Shown here: positions 10,901-18,100 of the stretch, piece after piece
Layout of the letters: each line of letters starts with the position of its first letter
How positions within the stretch are numbered: position 1 is the stretch's first letter
NCBI GenBank assembly: GCA_000092065.1
Contig: CP000597.1
Source: Ostreococcus lucimarinus
Taxonomy: Eukaryota
DNA: 64,000 bases
Strand: one strand, 5' to 3'
Program-made: the position numbers and the translations under genes
Notes under the pieces: generated by a model
Told to the model about the DNA's origin: nothing
Seen by the model: only the letters and a program-made list of their open reading frames with translations
Databases searched by the model: none

Positions 10901-13900
10901 TGACCGGCGCGGCCACCGTCGGCACGACGCTCGGCGTGACTGGCGCTACGACGCTCACCGGCGACGTGACGATGAGCAACGACTTGACCGTGAGCGGTGC
11001 GCTTACTGTGACATCTGATGCCGCTGTGAGTTTGACCTCTGCAAGTGGTTCGGACGTGAGCTTGACGAGCGCCGGTACGGGTGGCATCGTGTTGACGTCG
11101 ACGGACGACATCACGCTCGATGCTGCCGATGATGTGACGATCGATGCCGCCGGTGCTTTGTCTTTGGAGCAGGGCGGGACGAGTATTTTGAGCTGGACCG
11201 ACACCGGCGCTGTGACTTTGAACTCCTTAGGCGGGCAGACCCTGAGCGTGTCGAGCCTCAGCTCGGCCGGGAACGCGGGCGCCGTGAGCGTGTCCGGCGG
11301 CACGACGACTGGGACGTCCTCGAACACCGGCGGCGACTTGACGCTGCAATCTGGCGGCGCGCCCGCTGGCAGCGTGAACGGTGACGTTCTGGTGGACTCG
11401 GCCACTGGTCTAGGCACCGCCGGCTCGATCACGCTTCGCCAGGGGGTGGGCGGTGAGCGTGTTTCTGTGGACGCGAACGGCGCCGTGAGTCTGGACACGC
11501 ACTCCGGGCAGGACCTGACGCTGAGCACGGGCGGTAGCGCGGCCGTGACTGTGGACTCGACCGGGCAGGTGGGCATCGGGACGACGACGCCGGGGAAGAC
11601 GCTGGACGTCACCGGGACGGCGCGCGTGAGTGGCGCGACGACGCTGAGTAGCACGCTTGGCGTGACTGGCGCTACGACGCTCGCATCCGTGGGCGTGACC
11701 GGTGCGGCCACCGTCGGCGGGACTTTAGGTGTGACTGGCGCTACGACGCTCGCATCCGTGGGCGTGACCGGCGCGGCCACCGTCGGCACGACGCTCGGCG
11801 TGACTGGCGCTACGACGCTCGCATCCGTGGGCGTGACCGGCGCGGCCACCGTCGGCACGACGCTTGGCGTGACTGGCGCTACGACGCTCGGCGGGACTTT
11901 AGGTGTGACTGGCGCTACGACGCTCGCATCCGTGGGCGTGACCGGCGCGGCCACCGTCGGCACGACGCTCGGCGTGACTGGCGCTACGACGCTCGCATCT
12001 GTGGGCGTGACCGGTGCGGCCACCGTCGGCGGGACTTTAGGTGTGACTGGCGCTACGACGCTCACCGGCGACGTGACGATGAGCAACGACTTGACCGTGA
12101 GCGGTGCGCTTACTGTGACATCTGATGCCGCTGTGAGTTTGACCTCTGCAAGTGGTTCGGACGTGAGCTTGACGAGCGCCGGTACGGGTGGCATCGTGTT
12201 GACGTCGACGGACGACATCACGCTCGATGCTGCCGATGATGTGACGATCGATGCCGCCGGTGCTTTGTCTTTGGAGCAGGGCGGGACGAGTATTTTGAGC
12301 TGGACCGACACCGGCGCTGTGACTTTGAACTCCTTAGGCGGGCAGACCCTGAGCGTGTCGAGCCTCAGCTCGGCCGGGAACGCGGGCGCCGTGAGCGTGT
12401 CCGGCGGCACGACGACTGGGACGTCCTCGAACACCGGCGGCGACTTGACGCTGCAATCTGGCGGCGCGCCCGCTGGCAGCGTGAACGGTGACGTTCTGGT
12501 GGACTCGGCCACTGGTCTAGGCACCGCCGGCTCGATCACGCTTCGCCAGGGGGTGGGCGGTGAGCGTGTTTCTGTGGACGCGAACGGCGCCGTGAGTCTG
12601 GACACGCACTCCGGGCAGGACCTGACGCTGAGCACGGGCGGTAGCGCGGCCGTGACTGTGGACTCGACCGGGCAGGTGGGCATCGGGACGACGACGCCGG
12701 GGAAGACGCTGGACGTCACCGGGACGGCGCGCGTGAGTGGCGCGACGACGCTGAGTAGCACGCTTGACGTGACTGGCGTTACGACGCTCGCATCCGTGGG
12801 CGTGACCGGTGCGGCCACCGTCGGCACGACGCTCGGCGTGACTGGCGCTACGACGCTCGCATCCGTGGGCGTGACCGGTGCGGCCACCGTCGGCGGGACT
12901 TTAGGTGTGACTGGCGCTACGACGCTCGGCACGACGCTCGGCGTGACTGGCGCTACGACGCTCGCATCCGTGGGCGTGACCGGCGCGGCCACCGTCGGCA
13001 CGACGCTCGGCGTGACTGGCGCTACGACGCTCACCGGCGACGTGAGCGTCGGGACTTCCTCGGCTTTGAGTTTTGGTTCTGCAACCCGGCAGATGATCAA
13101 CTTATATGGAACAAACAACGCCATCGGCGTGCAATCGTCCACGATGTATTTTCGTAGTGCTTATAACTTTGCCTTTTTTGAAGGCGGCGTGTACACCAAC
13201 ACAGAGCTCGATCCGGGTTCGGGTGGCACTTTGCGCATGATGATTCAGAAAACCACGGGCAACGTCGGTATCGGGACGGCGAGTCCAGATTATGAACTCG
13301 ACGTGGTAGGCGATATCAACTTTTCTGGGAATCTCTATCAGGGTGGTTCGCTGTTTGCCTCCCCCTGGACGGAGAGCAGCGGTAACGTGTATCGCAGTAG
13401 CGGTAACGTCGGCATCGGGCTGACGAATCCGACCTACAATCTGCACGTTGCTGGAACGGGGCGCGTTAGTACGACGCTATCGGTGGGTCAAGATTTAACC
13501 ATCGACACGGCTGGCGACTTGAACTTTGCGGCGACGCATCGTCAGATGATCAACCTCCGCGTCGGCGCCGAGGGTTTCGGGATCGGGACGCAGATGGACA
13601 CGACGTACTTTCGCTCTCCGGGCCACTTTGCGTTCTACGAAGACGGAACGCACAGCACCACTGACTTGGACGCGAACGGTGGCACCGCGCGTCTGGTGAT
13701 CAGGAGCGGCGGGAAGGTGGGCATCGGGCGGACGAATCCGAGCTATGATCTCGACGTGGTAGGCGATATCAACTTTTCTGGGAATCTCTATCAGGGCGGT
13801 TCTCTGTTCCCGTCCCCCTCCCCCTGGACGGAGAGCGGCAGTAACGTGTATCGTAGTAGCGGTAACGTCGGCATCGGGCTGACGAATCCGAGCTACAAAC

Positions 13901-15045
13901 TGGACGTCACTGGAACAGGACACTTCACGGGCGCGACGACGATCGATGACCAACTCACCGTTGGCGGTAACGTATTGATCCAAAGTACAACCAATAAGAT
14001 TTCGTTTGGCAGCACAGCGCGTCAGTTTATTGAAACGAATAACGGTGGAATCGGAACGCAGTCAAAGACGCTGTATTTTCGTTCACAGGATTTTTTCGGC
14101 TTTTACAAAAATGGCGGTCACAACAGCGCCGATCTGAACCCAGGCGGAAGCGGGACTCTCCTTGTCGCCATTCGCGGTGACATCTCTGGTGCTCGAATGG
14201 CGATTGGATCTTCAGACACAGATAGTGGCTACGCTTTTAAGGTCACCGGGTCGGCGCAAGCGACCGCTGCGCTCGACGTAGGCACGACGCTTAATGTGGC
14301 GTCGTACGCGACAATTCGCGGCGACTTGCGCCTCAATACCGGTACTCAGCAAATAAATTTTGGTACCCAGCACCGTCAGGTTGCTGCGCTCGCGACTGGC
14401 GGCATCGGAACGCAGTCGAACACTGTATACTTTCGTTCACAGGACTTGTTTGGCTTTTATAAAGGTGGCGGCCATAGCTCTACCGCTCTTGATCCAGGCG
14501 GAAGCGGGACTCTCCTTGTCACCATTCGCGGTGACGTCTCTGGTCCTCGATTAGGAGTCGGAGTCACGAATCCCTCCTACGCTCTCGAAGTCAATGGAGC
14601 GGCGCACGTGTCTGGCGCACTGAGCAAGGGAAGTGGCTCTTTCAAGATCGATCATCCACTTCCTGAAATGAAAGACACGCATAATTTGTATCACTCCTTC
14701 ATCGAGGGACCACGGGCGGATCTCATCTACAGAGGCAAGGTTCGTTTGCAGAACGGTAGGGCGATGATAGACATCGATGCCGCATCAAACATGACGACAG
14801 GGACATTTGAAGCACTCAATCGCGACGTGCAGTCGTTCACGTCAAATGAAAGCGACTGGGACCCCGTCCGAGGTTCTGTCGTGGGCAACGTCCTCACCAT
14901 TGAGTGTCAAAACCCCACTTCGACGGCACTCATCAGCTGGCTTGTCATCGGTGAGCGTCACGATCAGCACATGTACGACACAGATTGGACCGATGAAAAC
15001 GGTCGTGTCGTTCCGGAACAATTGAAAAAGAGTGCGACGACGTGA
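4951..15045 (+). CDS. Giant (~3364 aa) repeat-rich secreted or surface protein. Architecture: PPC-like N-terminal domain, seven tandem ~300-aa units with nested 23-aa G/T/V/A sub-repeats, phage-tail-fibre-like GIGT repeats, and a C-terminal intramolecular chaperone auto-processing (peptidase S74-like) domain. Exact start uncertain: the first 100 codons are R/D low complexity and a hydrophobic signal-like segment LGTAAAAAATAALAAT lies downstream.
   Basis: Single open frame of 10 kb. The PPC-like segment is KYYKVNV...TTSNGDANLYVSRSAQP...GYYYVSVYG. The repeat unit is SGQDLTLSTGGSAAVTVDSTGQVGIGTTTPGKTLDVTGTARVSGATTLSSTLGVTGATTLASVGVTGAATVGGTLGVTG... The C-terminal part has four copies of (x)GIGTxxPxYxLDVxG / YFRSxxxFxFY motifs. 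The terminal domain GSGSFKIDHPLPEMKDTHNLYHSFIEGPRADLIYRGKVRLQNG matches the ICA / peptidase S74 signature (IDHPL...L.HSF.E.P..D.IYRG). Confidence 0.75.
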   Translation: MRLDDGDDARRRDARAVRARATRTPTRAATTRGDVVDAAAADDDIDDDAVARPDATRRRRRDDDATTTTRDDETTRAREGASGRRRARERGRATRRRRRLGTAAAAAATAALAATVERVGVDASTALTKGVARNGFVSSSGYKYYKVNVACVEAAQPLTLELTTSNGDANLYVSRSAQPTTSSYEQRSVNVGNALDSVTITSPVNGYYYVSVYGALSSTYKLRALTTMFTGKHPCTGFRITDSDVSSVGSGSGNQFILQEALTASAAAGFTADVSVDGDVILGDAYTDSVTAKGELKLGVTDSTYYAITRQSPSAPSSNPGGALSIVGANATYQGGSVKILGGTGGSGAGGDVVIEAGSASGGNGGDLKLRGGTSNSGTGGDVVIDAGDSTTQASSYEGIIHIGPTSASFVRVGESSNKQVQTDIFGDLTVHGNLLTTNDVVYANSYTSYVQVSTSQDGMFHQEVRAPKITGLDAEDITGTPTSTLTLDAGMRGSQQHVVIAPSEATAVYIGSSTSTIPVSIRQGANAGDVRVHADGSGALSVTSAAGQDLTLASGDDVVVTTAASKTLALKQDSTSILSWDAAGAVTVNSVSGQDLTLSTGGSAAVTVDSTGQVGIGTTTPGKTLDVTGTARVSGATTLSSTLDVTGATTLASVGVTGAATVGGTLGVTGATTLASVGVTGAATVGGTLGVTGATTLASVGVTGAATVGTTLGVTGATTLTGDVTMSNDLTVSGALTVTSDAAVSLTSASGSDVSLTSAGTGGIVLTSTDDITLDAADDVTIDAAGALSLEQGGTSILSWTDTGAVTLNSLGGQTLSVSSLSSAGNAGAVSVSGGTTTGTSSNTGGDLTLQSGGAPAGSVNGDVLVDSATGLGTAGSITLRQGVGGERVSVDANGAVSLDTHSGQDLTLSTGGSAAVTVDSTGQVGIGTTTPGKTLDVTGTARVSGATTLSSTLGVTGATTLASVGVTGAATVGGTLGVTGATTLASVGVTGAATVGTTLGVTGATTLTGDVTMSNDLTVSGALTVTSDAAVSLTSASGSDVSLTSAGTGGIVLTSTDDITLDAADDVTIDAAGALSLEQGGTSILSWTDTGAVTLNSLGGQTLSVSSLSSAGNAGAVSVSGGTTTGTSSNTGGDLTLQSGGAPAGSVNGDVLVDSATGLGTAGSITLRQGVGGERVSVDANGAVSLDTHSGQDLTLSTGGSAAVTVDSTGQVGIGTTTPGKTLDVTGTARVSGATTLSSTLGVTGATTLASVGVTGAATVGGTLGVTGATTLGGTLGVTGATTLASVGVTGAATVGTTLGVTGATTLGGTLGVTGATTLASVGVTGAATVGTTLGVTGATTLASVGVTGAATVGGTLGVTGATTLTGDVTMSNDLTVSGALTVTSDAAVSLTSASGSDVSLTSAGTGGIVLTSTDDITLDAADDVTIDAAGALSLEQGGTSILSWTDTGAVTLNSLGGQTLSVSSLSSAGNAGAVSVSGGTTTGTSSNTGGDLTLQSGGAPAGSVNGDVLVDSATGLGTAGSITLRQGVGGERVSVDANGAVSLDTHSGQDLTLSTGGSAAVTVDSTGQVGIGTTTPGKTLDVTGTARVSGATTLSSTLGVTGATTLASVGVTGAATVGGTLGVTGATTLGGTLGVTGATTLASVGVTGAATVGGTLGVTGATTLGTTLGVTGATTLASVGVTGAATVGTTLGVTGATTLTGDVTMSNDLTVSGALTVTSDAAVSLTSASGSDVSLTSAGTGGIVLTSTDDITLDAADDVTIDAAGALSLEQGGTSILSWTDTGAVTLNSLGGQTLSVSSLSSAGNAGAVSVSGGTTTGTSSNTGGDLTLQSGGAPAGSVNGDVLVDSATGLGTAGSITLRQGVGGERVSVDANGAVSLDTHSGQDLTLSTGGSAAVTVDSTGQVGIGTTTPGKTLDVTGTARVSGATTLSSTLGVTGATTLGGTLGVTGATTLASVGVTGAATVGTTLGVTGATTLASVGVTGAATVGTTLGVTGATTLTGDVTMSNDLTVSGALTVTSDAAVSLTSASGSDVSLTSAGTGGIVLTSTDDITLDAADDVTIDAAGALSLEQGGTSILSWTDTGAVTLNSLGGQTLSVSSLSSAGNAGAVSVSGGTTTGTSSNTGGDLTLQSGGAPAGSVNGDVLVDSATGLGTAGSITLRQGVGGERVSVDANGAVSLDTHSGQDLTLSTGGSAAVTVDSTGQVGIGTTTPGKTLDVTGTARVSGATTLSSTLGVTGATTLASVGVTGAATVGGTLGVTGATTLASVGVTGAATVGTTLGVTGATTLASVGVTGAATVGTTLGVTGATTLGGTLGVTGATTLASVGVTGAATVGTTLGVTGATTLASVGVTGAATVGGTLGVTGATTLTGDVTMSNDLTVSGALTVTSDAAVSLTSASGSDVSLTSAGTGGIVLTSTDDITLDAADDVTIDAAGALSLEQGGTSILSWTDTGAVTLNSLGGQTLSVSSLSSAGNAGAVSVSGGTTTGTSSNTGGDLTLQSGGAPAGSVNGDVLVDSATGLGTAGSITLRQGVGGERVSVDANGAVSLDTHSGQDLTLSTGGSAAVTVDSTGQVGIGTTTPGKTLDVTGTARVSGATTLSSTLDVTGVTTLASVGVTGAATVGTTLGVTGATTLASVGVTGAATVGGTLGVTGATTLGTTLGVTGATTLASVGVTGAATVGTTLGVTGATTLTGDVSVGTSSALSFGSATRQMINLYGTNNAIGVQSSTMYFRSAYNFAFFEGGVYTNTELDPGSGGTLRMMIQKTTGNVGIGTASPDYELDVVGDINFSGNLYQGGSLFASPWTESSGNVYRSSGNVGIGLTNPTYNLHVAGTGRVSTTLSVGQDLTIDTAGDLNFAATHRQMINLRVGAEGFGIGTQMDTTYFRSPGHFAFYEDGTHSTTDLDANGGTARLVIRSGGKVGIGRTNPSYDLDVVGDINFSGNLYQGGSLFPSPSPWTESGSNVYRSSGNVGIGLTNPSYKLDVTGTGHFTGATTIDDQLTVGGNVLIQSTTNKISFGSTARQFIETNNGGIGTQSKTLYFRSQDFFGFYKNGGHNSADLNPGGSGTLLVAIRGDISGARMAIGSSDTDSGYAFKVTGSAQATAALDVGTTLNVASYATIRGDLRLNTGTQQINFGTQHRQVAALATGGIGTQSNTVYFRSQDLFGFYKGGGHSSTALDPGGSGTLLVTIRGDVSGPRLGVGVTNPSYALEVNGAAHVSGALSKGSGSFKIDHPLPEMKDTHNLYHSFIEGPRADLIYRGKVRLQNGRAMIDIDAASNMTTGTFEALNRDVQSFTSNESDWDPVRGSVVGNVLTIECQNPTSTALISWLVIGERHDQHMYDTDWTDENGRVVPEQLKKSATT
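6727..13050 (+). repeat. In-frame coding tandem array of seven near-identical units (933, 864, 1074, 1005, 900 and 1107 bp spacing between unit starts, plus a last unit). Each unit contains a variable number of a 69-bp (23-aa) sub-repeat and 33/36-bp partial variants.
   Basis: Unit starts (codon CAG of SGQDL) at 6733, 7666, 8530, 9604, 10609, 11509 and 12616. All spacings are divisible by 3 and differ by multiples of 69, 36 or 33 bp. Units appear essentially identical at nucleotide level by eye. Confidence 0.9.
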
Positions 15046-15163
15046 ACGCGCGTCAGTGTAACACTGACAAACGAGTCGCCGAAACACGCACCTTGAAAAC
15101 GCACGCACGATCAACGGCAAAACGTTACGGCTGTGTGGCGCATTGAGTCTTAATATTGTAAAT

Positions 15164-18100
15164 CTATAGTCTAAAAGATAGCTTTGCGAACTCTCCGTCG
15201 GACACCGCGTCGCTCGTCTGCCCCCCCGTCGCGCCGTCATCGCTCGTTTCGCTTCCGAGCAACGAAGACGCCTTTCGCCGGCGCTCAGGCGAATCGTCCG
15301 CGTCCCGAAAATCGTAGAGATAATCGCTATGCCTTGCATAATGCACCCGCGTCGCTTCTTCTCCTGAGGCATTAAATCTATACGACTCGGGAGAAAATGA
15401 TGACTGAGCGAATCTGTCCTCATCTGACGCGCTCTCTTCGGCGTCGTACGATTCACCCATGGAATACGCCAGTTCGCTCGGTTCACGTTCACTCAGTCCA
15501 TCATTCGGTGTATTCAGCCCTGGTTGGCGTCCACTAGATGGGTCTTTCATCTCAAACGCGTAATGATCGTCATCCGAGTCAGCATCCGTGGAAGATGCGT
15601 AAGCACGCCGCGACTCAAACCTGTTCTCACCAAAAAATGCGGCGCCGCGTAGAGGTTCCGGTGGTTCCAGTTCTAGTTCGGGTTCCGGTTCCGGTCGCAC
15701 TTCCCGTTCTGCTGTCACATCCGTCTCTGGTGCGAGATCTAAGATGGACTGGTTCCGTCCGGGCACGACGTTACCCTGCTCTCCATTCGTCTCGAATGCG
15801 GCGAGCGTCGCGACGTGATCGCGAGCGACACTCCCGCCTCGGTGACCCTTTACGACGGCACGTTCTTCCTGAGCGCTGTGGGTGAATCTCTCAATCACGC
15901 TACGCGCTTTGGTTGATGCGTCAAATAACGCGCCACCAGGTTCGCGCGACCGCACGACTTTCTTTTTAATTCTGATTGCGAGTCGTCGAAGCTGAATCGT
16001 GTGCTTGATAATTTCCACCACCTCCTCGGTGTCGTACAGTCCCTCGTCGTCCGCTGATACTGAGAATCTTTCGAGAATGATCGCCACAAATAAATTTCCG
16101 AGCAAAAATATAGAGATGATGACAAATGATATAAAGTATGGGACCGCAGCAGCGTTATACGAGCAGTCGATGCTGGATTCCAACATGAACGGTGCTTCTG
16201 TGCGTAAGCACGCCTCTGTTTGGTACACCTCGCCGAACGTGCCAACCCAGCCACCCGTGTACACCCCGATGAGAGATGAGCAAGCTGTGGTGAATCGTTG
16301 AAAGTTCGAGTACTTCGATAGCACGCCGCCTTCGAAAGGGCCGGTTTCATCGCCGAAAAGTGAAACACCCATGATGGCGTACGAAAAGATCGCGAGGGAC
16401 GATAGCGCGGCGACGTTTCCGACACCCGGAAGACTCATTATGAACGTGTTGAAGAGCGACCGCAGCCCAGAATGTGCCTTTACCAGTTTCAGTAATCTCA
16501 ACAATCTCACCAATTGTAGGTAATTCATGACACCGCCTGCGTTTAGACTTTGTCCGATCGCCTGTACGATGGAAACTACGACGACGAAGGCGTCCAGCCA
16601 ATTCCAATAATTCCTAAAGTAACGCGTCCGACCTTGCGCCATGAGCAAAAGCATCATTTCCAAAGAGTACACCGCAGTGAACGCGATAGACATGCAGAAG
16701 TGAGCATATTCTGCTGAACTGCTCATATTCGCCGTTTGTGTCAAGAGCTCGATTAAATTTGCGCACACTACCACGAGGATGAAGTACGCAAACTTTTTCG
16801 GCTTTGAGATATGATGCGCAAGTAGACGAGCTCGCGACCAAAGGCTTTTGCCTGGCGGCGGTACGATTCTGCGCCATGCCTCTGAATCTTGCGTGCTTGC
16901 ACGTAGTATAGCCTGCTGCCAGCGCCGCTGCGCTGGGGTGACAAACGTAAGCTTGTCTTGCGAAGCCATCTTGTTAAAGTTGTCCACGAGCGCCGTGACT
17001 AATAAATTCAACCAAAAGAAATTCCCGATGGCGACCGTCAATACAAAATAAAGAGCGGCGGCTTGGTTGTTATCTGTTTTCAAGCCGGTCCCGACGCCTG
17101 TGGTATCCATGGCGACCCACATGATTTCTTGCCAGTCATCGCCGGCGTGCAGTAGAAACGTCGATAAAAGTGCAGCGCCAAAGTTATCAAAGTTGAACTT
17201 TGCATTTCGCCACTTTCCTCCCGCTGCCTCGCACGTTGCTTGTGTAGTGTAGCTACTCGCATCATTCACCACTCGACACGACCAAAACTTACCCATAAAG
17301 AGCTCCATACCAAGAAGTGCGAAAATTGACATGGAAACTAAACCGATGAAGCACACGTAACTTACGGCTGGGATCGCGGAAAGTACAGTGTTAACGACAA
17401 GGCGGAGACCAGGGAAACGACGAATGGATCGAAGCGGGCGCATGATTCGCAAAAGTCGAAGTGCTCGCACGCTTCCGCTGCCATCGTCTGCCGCGGTGAG
17501 CGAAATGATTGATGTAAAGACGACGACGCCATCGAGAATGTTGAAGGAATTCTTCAGATACGCAGTCGGTCGCTCGTACAACCCGTAGGCGAATAACTTT
17601 AATACCATCTCTGCGCCAAATAAAGTCGTAAAAGTAATATCAACCGCGGTGTACACTTTTGCAGTATGAGATCCCGCCACTGGCCAAGTCTTTGTTTCTG
17701 TCGCGAGTAACACGCTACCAGCGATGATCATGCATAGAATGGCGTTCTCAAAGAGGTTGTGTGAAACAATTTTGTGCACCAAGTATTTGTATCTCTCGAC
17801 GGGAATCGTATCGTCGTACAGCGGTATAAAGTCGCCATCTTTTGTGACGATCACGCCCGGTATCTCTGACGACTGTTTCTTCACGCGTGAGGAGATGGAT
17901 CTCGTGATTGTCGCCGCCCAAGGACCGTGCGCGTCAAAGACGACATGCTCGTCTTCCTTACTCTTATCCTCGATGCTTAAACGATTGTTTTGCGCCGCAA
18001 ATCTTTTCGTCATACTGTGCCTAATAGAACTTTTGATAGAGCTAGTCACCCCGAACGCTTTGTCTTGATAGTCTTGATACTCCACAAACTTTGGCGTCAG

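Noticed and set aside
6727-13050. Could the regular repeat array be a CRISPR array or a satellite?
   Set aside because: The units are 0.86-1.1 kb, maintain a single reading frame with codon-level indels only, and encode recognisable beta-helix / fibre-type protein repeats continuous with flanking domains. There is no short repeat-spacer structure. The context is eukaryotic.
13102-13983. Minus-strand ORFs 13102..13446 and 13495..13983.
   Set aside because: Both are antisense to the conserved C-terminal fibre / ICA-domain coding region of the giant + strand gene. They have R-rich biased composition and no domain.
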